Part shown: in pieces, positions 1 through 12,690 of the stretch
How the letters are laid out: each line of letters starts with the position of its first letter
Position numbering within the stretch: the stretch's first letter is position 1
Origin: Malacoraja senta
Taxonomy: Eukaryota
Reading direction: 5' to 3'
Assembly: GCA_038087875.1 (NCBI GenBank)
Contig: CM075990.1
Location: forward strand, 3,784,001-3,848,000
Length of the DNA: 64,000 nt
The notes under the pieces: generated by a model
Told to the model about the DNA's origin: nothing
Seen by the model: the letters and a program-made list of their open reading frames with translations, nothing else
Databases searched by the model: none
Program-made: the position numbers and the translations under genes

Positions 1-507
1 GTCAGCGGAAAGACTACACATGATTACAATCAAGCCAAAATAGACCCAAAATGCTGGAGTAACCCAGCGGGGCAGGCAGCATCTCTGGAGAGAAGGAAGG
101 GAGACATTTCGGGTCGAGACCCTTCTTCAGACTCGACCCAATACACACCCATTCAGCAATCTGAAGCAGGGTCTCGACCCGAAACGTCACCCATTCCTTC
201 TCTCCAGAGATGCTGCCTGTCCCGCTGAGTTACTCCATCTTTTTGTATCTATCTTCGGTACAAACCAGCATCCGCAGTTCCTTCCCGCACATTACAATCG
301 AGCCGTTCACAGTGTACAGATACATGATAAAGGGAATAAAGTGAATCTGTTAGAGTAGAGATTTAAAAGAGTGGAGCGATTGAAATGCGTGATTGCATAT
401 CCACCATGCCCGAAGAGTCGCCTGGGCTGGGCACCATCTAGCCTGGTGAGCTTTTATGTTCTCCCTTTGACCACGTGGGTTTTCTCCAGGTGCCCTGGTT
501 TCCTGTG

Positions 508-950
508 TACAGAGAGGATTTACGAGGATGTTGCCAGGACTCAAGATAGAGGGAGCGGTTTTTCCTTGCTGCGCAGGAGGATGAGTGATCTTACAGAAGC
601 ATATAAAATAGTGAGAGGAATAGACGCACAGAGTCTCGTGGCCAGAGTAGGGGAATCGAGAACCAGGGGACATAGGTTTAAGGTGAGGGGAGAAAGATTT
701 AATAGGAACCTGAGGGGTAACTTTTCCACACAAATGATGGTGGGTGAATGGAATGAGCTGCCAGAGGAGGTAGTTGAGGCAGGGACCATCGCAATGTTTA
801 AGAAACAGTTACGACAGGTACATGGATAAGACAGGTTTGGAGGGATATGGGGCAAACGCAAGCAAATGGGTCTAGTGTAGATGGGACATGTTGGTTGGTG
901 TGGGCAAGTTGGGCCGAAGGGCCTGTTTCCACGTTGTTCTATGACTCTAT
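508..950 (+). mobile_element. CR1 3' fragment
   Basis: ESRTRGHRFKVRG...NFSTQ...WNELPEEVVEA; tail ctatgact. Confidence 0.85.
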
Positions 951-1954
951 CTACGACTAAGAGCATATAAATGGAGTCCTGCTGAGGAGATGATTGAGGA
1001 CCGCAATCACCTCGTGCTCTGGGATTTAGTAGCATTACTGGCGTCCCACGAGCGGAGTCAGCTGATGACCACACTCTGGTGTCCCCCCAACCTCCGGCAT
1101 TCCGGAAAACAACCTCCTCTTCCCCTCCAATTCACGGCAATACAATCAGCAACGTACTTGTTGACACTTCTCAGGATCAGCATGTCTATCGATTCGAGGC
1201 ACAAAAAGCTGGAGTAACTCAGCGGGACAGGCAGCTTCTCTGGAAAGAAGGAATAGGTAACATTTTGTGTCGAGACCCTTCTTCAGACAGAGTCAGGGGA
1301 GAAGGAGATACAGATAAGGAAGTGTAAGGTGTGAAAACGAGGGAAAGGGGATGGAGAGCAAGGAACATGTAGTATAGATCATTGTTAGAAGGTAGCAACA
1401 AAGCAGAAGGTGAAAATGAAGAAGCGTCTCGACCCGAAACGTCACCCGTTCCTTCTCTCCAGAAATGCTGCCTGTCCCGCTGAGTTAAGCCCTTGTCCCA
1501 CTTACGTGTCCTTGGCATGCTAATTACGCGACCTCATGATCGCGTTGAGGCGATGCTCCCACGAAGGTCGCGCGCAATTTCATGCGCCCGCACAACCGTC
1601 TGGAGCGCGTGACGTCATTTGAAGATGGGCACAAAATGTTGGAGTAACTCAGCGGGACCGGCAGCATCTCTGGAAAGAAGCAATGGGTGATGTTTCGTGT
1701 CGAGACTCTTCTTCAGTCTGAAAGAAGGGTCTTGACCCGAAACGTCACCCATTCCTTCTCTCCAGAGATGCTGCCGGTCCCGTAGAGTTACTCCAACATT
1801 TTGTGTCTATCTTCAATTTTCTTAGCCCCGCTCTTTTTTTTTTTTTTTTTTCCGTAAATGTTTTTTACAAGGAAATGTACAATTTCCGTAAATGTACAAT
1901 TTACAAGGAAGGGTAGAAAGCTCACACAATTTAAAAAACATTTACACAAAACTA

Positions 1955-4900
1955 TCAAATTAAAATATTAACATTTTTATCTATAATATATTCAACCTCC
2001 TGCGGTGACCAGCGTTCACAGAAGGCCTCCACAGTCCCCGTGGACACCGCGTGTTCCCTCTCTAGGGACACGCGGGAACGGACGAAACCCCGGAAAAGGG
2101 GCAGGCAGCCGACCGCTGTGCGGCCATCGACCGCCCGCTGCCTGGACCCGCGAATGGCCATCTTGGCCAGGCCCAGGAGCAGACCGACAGGGAGACCCCC
2201 TCCTCCCTCCCGACCCTCCCCCCTCTGTACCGGGTGCCCATAGATTAATAGCGTTGGACTAAAATGTAGCCAAAACTTGAGGAGCAGCCCTTTCAGATAC
2301 TCGAACAGGGGCTGCAACCTCTCGCACTCTATATACACGTGGAACACGGTCTCTTCCTCACCGCAGAAATGACACGCAGGGGAAGAGTCCGTGAACCGGC
2401 TCAAGTACCTATTACAGGCCACGGCTTTGTGCAAAACTCTCCACCCCAGGTCCCCGATGTAAAGGGGGAGGACTCCCTTGTAGAGAGACCTCCACTGGGG
2501 ACCGCTCCCCTCGTCAGGTGGTAACACGGACCGCCAGGGTGTGTCTGGACGGAAGACGAGAGCGAGGAAGTGGAGAGTGTGCAAGAGCAGCCTGTACAGT
2601 ACTCGCCTCTCCGCGCCACGGAATGGCACACTGGGCATCTCAGAAAGGCGGCTCATGTTGCATGGGGCCGGCTCTCGGGGAGGGTCCCGGGCCATGGGCC
2701 CTATGAACAATTCCGACTGAGCGGGGGTAAGCTCGTCCGGAATCGCTCCATGCACACGCCTCTCCTCGACACCCACCGTCACAGCCACGACACCCCCCTC
2801 CCCCTGAGGAGCAGGGCCCTGGCTGAAGGTGACCAAATTCCTGGCCTTCAGGAGTTCACGGTAAAAGCCAGGCAACTCCCGCCTAGCGCGTCGACTCATG
2901 CCCGCTACCGGGAGCCGGGAGCCCTCCTGAAGGCACCGCCCCTGACGGAAAAAGTACGTCGCCAGCACGTGCCATTTAGGAGGGTAGTCCGAGTAGACGT
3001 ACCTCCGCAGGGTCTGAGTCGGAGAGTCGCCCGCTGGGACGATGTCAGGCCAGTGTCTCTTAGGGGCTGTAGTTATAAACCAGCAGTGGTGGTCCTCTCT
3101 GCTCTGTAACCGGATGGTCCACTATGGTCCCATCCTCTTATNNNNNNNNNNNNNNNNNNNNNNNNNNNNNNNNNNNNNNNNNNNNNNNNNNNNNNNNNNN
3201 NNNNNNNNNNNNNNNNNNNNNNNNNNNNNNNNNNNNNNNNNNNNNNNNNNNNNNNNNNNNNNNNNNNNNNNNNNNNNNNNNNNNNNNNNNNNNNNNNNNN
3301 NNNNNNNNNNNNNNNNNNNNNNNNNNNNNNNNNNNNNNNNNACTACAGCCCTTCCCCGGTAAGAGAGCACACCAAGTAGGCCTGACCAACGTCCCAGCCG
3401 GGCGACCACTTTCGCCTCCAGCTCCTGCCAGTTCGCCGGTCACCCCATCTCAGCGGGACTCAGGTAGACCCCCAGATAGAGGAGGTGCGTGGTACTCCAC
3501 GCAAAACCTGCCATCTCCTCCGGCAGGGAGCCCACCTGCCACCCACCCACCAAGGGACCAGAACACTTCCCCCAGTTGACCCTGGCGGAAGATGCAGCCG
3601 AGAAAACCTGCTGGCACTCACGCATCCTCCGCAGGTCAACAGGGTCGGTGAACATCAGAAGGACATCATCGGCGTAGGCCGAGAGAACCACCTCCATCCT
3701 CGGCCCCGGTAAAGCCAGGCCTGTCAACCGCCTCCGGAGAAGGCACAGGAAAGGCTCGACACAGATGGAATACAGCTGGCCGGACATGGGACATCCCTGA
3801 CGAACCCCCCTCCCAAAGGGAATGGGGGCCAACAAAGAGCCGTTGACCTTAACAAGGCATTCTGCAGCAGTATATAACAGTCGGACCCAGGCCACAAAAT
3901 GCGGTCCAAATCCGAACACCTGCAGAGTCCCAAGAAGGTAGTCGTGCTCCACCCTGTCAAACGCCTTCTCCTGGTCGAGGGAGAGAAAGGCGACCGACTG
4001 ACCAGCCCCCTGGGACAGATGGATCAGGTCCCGGAGCAGATGGATATTGTCCTGGATGGAGCGGCCCGGGACTGTGTACGACTGGTCAGGGTGGATCACC
4101 TGGGACAGCACGGGACCCAGGCGATTCGCCAATGCCCGTGCAAAGACTTTATAGTCCGTGCTGAGGAGAGAGACCGGGCGCCAGTTCTTCAAAAGGCGAA
4201 GATCACCCTTCTTGGGCAGCAGGACAACAACTGCCCTGCGCCAAGAGAAAGGCATCTCCCCGGTCGCCAGGCTCTCCCCCAGGACCTTCATATAGTCACC
4301 CCCCAGGACATCCCAGAAGGCTCTAAGGTACTCCACAGTCAGCCCATCCAGCCCTGGAGACTTGCCCCTCCTGAGCTGGTGCAGGGCAACAGTCAACTCC
4401 TCCAGAGTTAGGGGATCATCCAGGTGTTCAGCCACATCATTGCACACTACGGGTAAGCCCTCCCACAGGACTTCTTTCGCATCCCCACTCGATGTGCCAG
4501 CCGAGAACAGAGTCCTGTAGAACTACCGAACTGAGGCACCAATGCTCTCTGGATCTGTGACAGAGGAGCCATCATCCGCAAGCAACTCTACAAGCTGCCT
4601 GCGGGCTCCTCGCCCCTTCTCCAGAGAAAAGAAAAAGGGGGAGGCGCGGTCCAGGTCGTGCAACATCTGGACTCGCGACCTCCCATACGCACCCCGGGAC
4701 CTCCTAAGCTGCAAGTCCCCTCAGTGCTCCCTTCTTCTCCTGGTATTCCTCCCACTCACACGAAGCCCCACCAGTCTGATCCAGACGAGCCTCCGAGTCG
4801 AGCAACTCTCTCTCAAGCCGTCCGATCTCGGATTCCAGCCCCTTGGTCGACCCCCTCGCATAGTCCTGGCAAAACTGACGGACGTAGACCTTCCCCACGT

Positions 4901-5746
4901 CCCACCACTGCCTTAGGGAAAGGAAACGCCCCTGCCTCTCTCTCCACCTCGCCCAGAACTGCCTGAATGAATCCCGGAATCGGCAATCCTCCAACAGCTG
5001 GCTATTAAAATGCCAGTACGCGGACCCTGCCCGTGTGCGTGTCGGGATAAAATCCACTCGCACCAGGCAATGGTCCGAGCATGGCGCCGGCTGCATGGAG
5101 GCCGTCGAAACACAGGAGACATAGGCCTTGGACACGTATAAATGATCAATACGGGAACCACCACCCTCAAACCTGTACGAGAAGGCGTTAGAGTCGGGAT
5201 GGAAATTCCGCCAAGCATCTACCAGCTCAAAAGAGTCCACCATCTCCCTCAAAGTCTTCACTGCTCCCGGGTCACGCTGAACGCCAGAGCGATCTCTTGT
5301 CTCGAGGGCACAATTAAAATCTCCCCCAAGGAAAACACACTCCCCACGGTCGATAGTATTCAACAACGTGGTCACTTCCCTTGTTAAGCGCGTCTGCATT
5401 GCGCCGATCTTGGGGGCGTACACATTAACGAAGTGTAATGGCACGCCATCCAAGCGCAAGGCCAGATACAGCAAACAGCCTGGTACAACCTCCTGCACTT
5501 TGAGGATCTCTGGCTGGAAAGACGGGGCCAACAAGAAGGCTACTCTACTCGATTTGGAGCTAAGATGACTCATGTAGACCCCCCCTTCCCACTCCAGGAG
5601 CCATGTGGGTTCATAACTAGCCACAGTGTGTGTTTCCTGCAGGAAGCTCACCGCATACCTCCTGTCCCTGAGCACTGAGAGATGGTGAAACCTACGGAGA
5701 GACCCCTGCCCCCATTGATATTCAGGCTGGCTATAGTGAGCTTCAT
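1955..5746 (-). pseudogene. Tx1-like ORF2 (APE endonuclease + reverse transcriptase + Zn finger), several frameshifts/stops
   Basis: Start MKLTIASLNING at 5746. APE motifs LQETH, NVYAP, GGDFN, SDHC; RT motifs KSPGLDG, WRPVSLL, DQEKAFD, GVRQGCP, YADD; C-terminal CHFC...HVYIEC. Confidence 0.9.
3142..3341. other. Assembly gap (200 N) inside Tx1 ORF2
   Basis: Run of N. Confidence 0.99.
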
Positions 5747-7842
5747 TTTGAAAGTACACTAGATCTTTTACCCCTCCCCGGTGATGGGTCGGAGCCGCCC
5801 CTACCCTTCTTCCCTCTCTTTAGGGTCTTAAAAAGCTCTTGGAACTGGCGCCTCTCATTTCTTACTAGCCCCGCCTCATTCCCCTTCTTCTGAAGGATGG
5901 CATGAATGGACTGCATGGGCGCCATCAGGTCCGACCAGCGGTCAACAGCCAAATCCACCTTATTCCTACTCCCTCTAGTTTCCTTTAAGAACTTCCGAAG
6001 TTCCCAGACTTCGACAAGTCGAGACACGGGGCCACGGGTGGAGCAGTCCGTCAACTCACTGTCAACGTACTCCGCGTACCCTTCCTCCTCGCACTCAATG
6101 TCCGAGCCCGAGTCCAGAAGGTTACTACTCTCATCCGCCTCGCTCACCCCTCCCTGTGAGGTGGGCATTCCAGCCACATCACACAGTCCCTCCTCTGTCA
6201 CCATCCCACCCCCAGGATCAGTGACAGGGGCAGGTACCAGTGCCTCTGACCGCGGCAAGCTATCTGACAATTTGCCAGTCTCCTGCACGCTCCCATCGCC
6301 CTCTGTAACCGGATTGGGAACAGTGAAGTCAGAGCAAGTCTCCGGGCCTTGCTGTAAGCGGGTCTGTCTGGAGTCCGACCTAAGGACACGATCCAAAACG
6401 ATCTTGCCCTCCTCCGCACCCAGGGTATCCGCCCCTGCACCGTCACCCAGAGAGTCCCCGTCCCCCACCACCAGGTGAATCCCCCCACTGTGGCCCTCAG
6501 GGGCCGATGTTACTGGAGTCTCCCCTGCTCCCTCAACCAGTGGGGCATCACACCCCTCAACTGGGCTTGTAGCCTCAACGGGGAGCTCATGCTGGGGACC
6601 CACCCCCTCACCCAAGTCCCCCCCTTCAGGCTGCCCCTGGTCATCCACTAAGCTAGCAGACGTGTTTTCTGGGGGAACAGCCCCCAAGAGCAATATATCT
6701 CCACTCTCAGGTGGTCCCAGACCTACAGAGGCATCCTCCCCCTCAGAGGAAACGTGCCCTGGGTACCCCACCTCAACAGGAGGGGAAGGCTCCCCTTCAG
6801 GTTGCCCCTGAACTTCAGGGCCCTTCTCTGTATCGGAGGACCCATGCCTCCTCCTCTTCGAAGCACTGGCGTACGGTGGTACGGTGAGCTCCATTGTAGA
6901 AGCCTCTACCTCCACACTACCGTCTATCTCAGAGGCGAGCATGAAATTATCTGCTGCCTGGGGACCCGCTTGGAGGTGATCATCTTCTAGGGGACCCGCC
7001 TGGAGATGTTTCTTCTTTTTCTTGACTTTCCTCCCCTGCTGATGCTCCCAAACCTTCCCATCCACCCTACGCACTTCTCCGGCATCCACCGCCACAGGTA
7101 CGGGACATGGGGGTGGTGGGGGGATAGGGGTTGGGGGTAGGGGAGTAAAGCCTTCACGGGCCACCGTGATAAAACCAGCAGCCCCAGATGGGCCTGTAGT
7201 GCTTTCCCGTGCCATCGTGGTTGAACTGGCAGCCCGGGTCCTGGGACAATTCTTGCGAAAATGCCCCACCTTTTTGCAAGTGTGACAACGCACTTGGCCC
7301 GCATTCCAGAACACGCGATAGGAGAAATCATCCACCTCCACCTCAAAACTCCCCTCCGTGTCCGTCCCCTATGCCAACTGTATATACACGCGACGCTTGA
7401 ACGTATATATATGCTGCATCTCAGGATCGTCAAACCTGTACAACAGTTTGGTGAGCCCTGACCGCACCTCCCCCAGCTTCCTTACATGTGGGAGCAGGAA
7501 CGCATCCGGAACAAGTGGGAACGTTGGACAGAATGACCGGGAAAACGGGACCCCCCATGGGTCCACCGCCGCAAAAATCCCCCCTGCTGTTACCCCCCTT
7601 TCCAGAGCCAGAGCCACCGCCTGTTCAGTCTTTAGTATAACCACAACCTTCCCACTGACCACCGCGCCCGAGACGATGGCTTTCTTGCCAACAGTCTCAC
7701 CCAACGCATCTAGAAAGGCCTTTAAGGGCAGGTTGCTCTTCATGTACATTTTTACACCATATGTGCGCCCCATCAACTCGTGGCCCTCAGTCTCGGAGAC
7801 TGCTGACCGTGCAGCAGCTGCATAACTCTGAGGGGCCGCCAT
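5743..7842 (-). pseudogene. Tx1-like ORF1 (gag-like, zinc knuckle), frameshifted near 7370
   Basis: Starts MAAPQSYAAAA. ORF pieces 7369-7968 and 5743-7341; contains CHTCKKVGHFRKNC followed by a long acidic/Pro-rich region. Confidence 0.85.
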
Positions 7843-9289
7843 CTTTAGGGCGTGGCACAACACACAAAGTATCAGTAGTTTATATCCAAAGCAGTCTTTC
7901 TGCTGTTGCTGCACCTCCACTCTTTTCCAGCAGTTAAATAGTCTTGTGAAGGCTTTCTTGATAAGCAACAGAAGCAGTCTCCTCCTGATAAGATAGGAAT
8001 GTCCGTGCCAATCCTCCCCATCGTCAAAAATGGAGCTTCCTTATGCTTCTTCCTCAGGTCTCCGGCGCCTCCCCAGCTTCAACGAAATCCAAGGCACTGT
8101 TGCCGTTCTTACCCAGCCCACCTGGACCGGGCAAGTCGGTGTAGGAGGGAGCTTTCCGATGTTACTGACCACAAACACCACTCAAGACTCAGCTCCCACT
8201 CGTTCAAGTGTAACTTGGCCTTCCGCCAGCCACTGCCGCTCCTACGACTTTCCAGATACACGGACAAATCCTCCCTAATTAGAGGAATCTTTGAACAAAG
8301 AAAGTCTCTGCAGATCGACAAAGCTCTGAACTGCAAAGTCTGACTGCTTTTGTTTCTCCCCGCCAAACAAAACCTTCCGAAAAGTTCATCCAATCCTCCC
8401 CGCCAGCAGAACAGCTCCTCACCTGGCCCCGCTCTGGGAGTAGAAGTGGGAGCGGATCCGGATCCGCAACGGCCGTGAGTCCCAGGCCGAGTTCGGCGAT
8501 CGTTTGCCTGCTTCTTCTGCTGTTGAGGGTGAGACGTTGCGTCGCGCCGGGGTCTTGGGCCTGTCCCACTTTGGCCGTCAGTTACGCGACAGGCCGTTGG
8601 CGCGCGAAGATTTCGGAGCGCCGCGCGATGTCGCGCACAACTCCATACCCCTCCGCGCTTCTTAGTGGGACCGGCCCCGCGCGGCCACACGATGCCCGTG
8701 TGCCTCAACGCGACGACGAGGTCGCGTAATTTGCGTGCCAAGGACACGTAAGTGGGACAGGCCCATTTTGTGCCTAGAATCGATAGACATGCTGATCCTG
8801 AGAATGCCAACAAGTAATTGGTGATAGGTAGCAGGTTGTCACATTGCAGCACCAATAATACTTTCTGCCTTTAGAGGTGTTGGCTGCACTGGCTGCGATC
8901 AGTGAGAACTCATGAATAATGGAGGATGCAGAGTGGCTTCATATTACCAGTAACAAGGAACTCTTTCAGCTGTCAGGGTTGATTCAGTGAATAGTGTTGC
9001 TTACTAATTATATACATTTCAAGATTATAATGCATTAAATTGCATGTCCTGTTCAACCACTGATGAAGGCATTGCGTTACATCCCAATCTCACTGGGCAA
9101 GCACATAAACATCAGCATGTACATTCAGCTTCAATCTGAAGGAACTGCAGATGCTGGTTTAAACCGCAGATAGACACAAAAAGCTGGAGTAACTCTGCGG
9201 GACGGGCAGCATCTCTGGAGAGAAAGAATGGGTGACGTTTCGGCTCGAGACCCTTCTTCAGACCGGATCATCTTGCAACCCCAGAATGG

Positions 9290-9750
9290 GGGGCGCATCA
9301 CAGCACGGTTTGGCAACAGCTCCGGCCTAGACCGCAAGAAATGGCAGAGAATTGTGTTCGCAGCCCAGACCATCGCACAAACCAACCTCCCTTCCATTGA
9401 CTACGTCTACACCTCACGCTGCCTCGGCAAAACCACCAGCATAATCAAGGACCAGTCGCACCTTGGCCACTCTCTCTCTTTTCCCCTCTCCCATCAGGCA
9501 AGAGGTACAGAAGTGTGAAAACGCACATGTCCAGATTTAGGGACAGTTTCTTCCCAGCTGTTATCATCAATTGAACCATCCTACCAACAACTAGAGAGCA
9601 GTCCTGAGCTACGATCTACCTCATTGGAGATCCTCAGTCCATCTTGGACTTTACTGGCTTTATCTTGCACTAAACGTTATTCATGTTATTCCCCTTTATC
9701 ATCTATCTTTACACTGTGGATGGCTCGATTGTAATCATGTATTGTCTTTT
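9290..9750 (+). mobile_element. Rex/Babar-derived 3' fragment; its tail recurs about ten times in the window
   Basis: FGNSSGLDRKKWQRIV..AQTI...LPSI...RCLGK..SIIKD, followed by the tail ...ggctcgattgtaatcatgtattgtc. Confidence 0.72.
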
Positions 9751-10740
9751 AAGGTGCGAGGGGAAAGCAACTCAACGGGACAGGCAGCATCTCCGAAGAG
9801 AAGGAATGGGTGACGTTTCGGGACGAGACCCTTCAAACTGATGTCAGGGGAGAGGGAGATACATAGATAAGGAAGTGTCAGGTGTGAAAACAGTGAAATT
9901 TGAGTTGCCAGACAGCCATACTAAGTGAAAAGCAACGATACCATTTAACACAATTTAACATAAGCATCCACCATAGTGGAATCCACATTCCTCACTGTGA
10001 TGGAAGGCAATAAAGTTCAATCATCTTCCTCCTTTGTTCACCCCTGGTGGTCAAGTCCTTTGATCCCTCAGCAGTCGGTCCGATGTCCGAAGCCCTCGCG
10101 TCAGGATGATGGAAACTCCGGCGTCGGGACGGATCGGAACACTGGAACGGAGCATGGAGCTCCCAAGTCGGCCTCTTCTTACCGGAGACCGCGGGCTTCA
10201 TGGTGTTAAAGTCCACAGGACCCCGCGGTCGGAGCGCTTTCGCTGGCGATCCTCGGCAAAGGATCGCCCGCTCCGCGATGGTAAGTCCGCGTCGCGCCCG
10301 CGGCTTGAAGCTCCTGCCCAGTCCCCTGGAAAGGCCGCACCGCTCCACGTTCTTTGGCCGCAGGAGGGGGCGGAGATGCGACATGAAAAAAAATCGCATC
10401 TCCGTCGAGGTAAGTGGCTGAAAATGAGGTAAGTTTATTGTCACATGTCCAGTGAAAAGCTCTCGTTGTGTGCTAACCAGTCAGTGGAATACATGATTAC
10501 AATCGAGCCGTCCACAGTGTATAGATACATGATAAAGGGAACGACATGAATAATGTTTAGTGCAAGATTAAGCCAGAAAACTCCATCCTCCGCTCTACGA
10601 CGAGATACATGATAAAGGGAACGACATCCCACCAACATCCTCTCTCACTGCTCCCCCTCTGTAATTCCACCTGCTCTCCTAGTTTCACACCTTACACTTC
10701 CTTATCTCTGTATCTCCCTCTCCCCTGACATCAGTCTGAA

Positions 10741-11193
10741 GGGTCTCGTCCCGAAACGTCACCCATTCCTTCTCTTCAGAGACGCTGCCGGTCCCGCTGA
10801 GTTACTCCAGCATTTTGTGTCTATCTTCAATTTTCTTGGCCCCGCTCTGGGAGTAGAAGAGGGTGCGGATCCGGACCGCAACAGCCGTGAGCCCCAGGCT
10901 GAGTTCGGCGATCGTTGGCTGCTTCTGTTGCTGTTGGAGGTGAGACGTTGCGTCACGCCGGGGTCTTGGGCCTGTCCCACTTTGGCCGTCAGTTACGCGA
11001 CAGGCTGGTGGCGCGCGAAGATTTTGTTTGCTGCAAAATTTCGGAGCACCGCGTGATATCCCGCACAACTCCATACACCTCCGCGCTTCTCAGTGGGACC
11101 GGCCCCGCACGGCCACACAATGCCCGTGCGCCTCAACGCGACGACGAGGTTGCGTAATTTGCGTGCCAAGGACAAGTAAGTGGGACAGGGCCT
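10741..11193. mobile_element. MITE family A, right half only
   Basis: Colinear with about 16890-17349; ends gggacagggcct+TAA. Confidence 0.8.
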
Positions 11194-12355
11194 TAAGGAA
11201 TGAGGTTTCTCCCCTCTGAGTCATAACTGATGCTGTGAACTACGTGTCAGAATTTGACGAGATTCTCAGTGCAGAATGGCTGTGAGCTTCGCACCGACGG
11301 CTGGCAATGGGCACTGCTCATTCCTGGCATCACTTGGCAAATCTTGGACGTGCTGGCACTAAATCAGGAGCGTTTACTTTGAAGAATCAGTTCAGAGCTG
11401 TACGGGGCAAGATACAGTGAGGATCAGAGCATGGGAATTATGTAAGGGAGTACATTTCAATGGGAAGAAAGTGAGGGAGGTTGGGTTGGATTTATCAATG
11501 ATCTGGCACAGACACAATGGGTCAAATGGTCTTCCTTTGTGCTTCAGTCTCACTGGCAGCTATTTTTGACAGGGCAATGAATTTCACGCTGCGATATTCC
11601 AACGTGGACAAAAACGCAGATTTTCCAAAGTGTGCTGCCAACCATCCGCACATCCCGCCAGCAATATCAGGTTAGAAACATAGAAAAGAGGTGCAGGAGT
11701 ACACCATTCGGCCCTTCGAGCCAGCACCGCCATTCAATATGATCAGTGTGCTTTCCATGGTGATCTGTAACTTGTTACTGAGGGGAGGATCTCGTTTGAC
11801 AAGTTGTGAACCGGGTGAACTCAAAACCTACGGTAAATACAACCAGAAACCCTGGAGGTAGAAGTTTCATGTCAGAATTATATTGAAAACATCTGCTTAA
11901 ACGTTGGCAGTTCCAAGGAGTCTCTAAGAGACAGAATGGGCCCTTTTAGTTCTTGACCCATTATTTCCCAAGGCATCTGCAGTAGTAAGGTAGGACACAT
12001 CTACTAAGGCAAGGAGACACTTATTCAGTATAACTGCCTCACAGTTTTTTCACTTACAGCGTGGAGTTTTGGCCCTTTGGCCCATCTAGTCCATGCCGAC
12101 TAACGATCACTCCATATACTAGTTCTATCCTACACATTAGGGACAATGTACAGAAGCCAATTAACCTACAAACCTAGCATTCCTTTGGAGTGTGCAGGAA
12201 TCCGGAGCACCCAGAGCCAGGATCGAACCCGTGTCTCCGGCGCTGTGAGACAGCAAGTCTACCGCTGCGCCACCGTGCCGCCCTGGTGTCCACGTCGTGC
12301 TCCTCAACGGTTCAGCGGCTCCTTATTGTCACGCTTGCGCGGCACAACCCACACG

Positions 12356-12690
12356 GGCGGCGCGGTGACGCAGCGATAGAGTTCCTGCCTTACAGTGCCA
12401 GAGACCCGGGTTCAATACTGACTACGTGTGCTGTCTGTACAGAGTTTGTACGTTCTCCCCGTGGGTTTTCGTTTGTACGTTCTCCCCGTGTCCCGCGTGG
12501 GTTTTCTCCGGAATCTCCGGTTTCCTCCCACATTACAAAGACGTGCAGGTTTGTAGGTTAATAGGCTTGGTGTCATTGTAAATCGTCACCTAGCGTGTGG
12601 AAGATAGCGTTAATGTGCAAGGATCGCTGGTCGGCATGGACTCGGTGGGCCGAAGGGCCTGTTTGCGCCTTGTACTGAACAAAAAACTAA
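12356..12690 (+). mobile_element. tRNA-derived V-SINE (HE1-like)
   Basis: A/B-box head, V domain gagtttgtacgttctccccgtg...ttcctcccaca, CR1-type tail gggccgaagggcctgttt. Confidence 0.8.

Larger units (their letters stand above)
1834..8423 (-). mobile_element. Full-length Tx1-clade (L1/Tx1) non-LTR retrotransposon, degenerate
   Basis: Poly(A) tail (T18 at 1834-1851 on +). ORF1 has a CCHC knuckle; ORF2 has APE, RT and a C-terminal Zn finger. Flanked by the near-direct repeat t(a/g)gccccgctc at 1823-1833 and 8424-8434. Confidence 0.92.
1488..8765. mobile_element. TIR MITE family A (host of the Tx1 insertion), split into 1488-1833 and 8424-8765
   Basis: Long TIRs (...tgtcccacttacgtgtccttggca...). 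The two halves joined are colinear with the uninterrupted copy at 16669-17349. Confidence 0.88.

Noticed and set aside
5906..6478. Antisense ORFs over Tx1 and CR1 coding regions
   Set aside because: Shadow ORFs of the retroelement genes on the opposite strand.
8109..8855. 248-aa ORF
   Set aside because: Spans the MITE and the Tx1 5' UTR; no domain; sister MITE copies do not conserve the frame.
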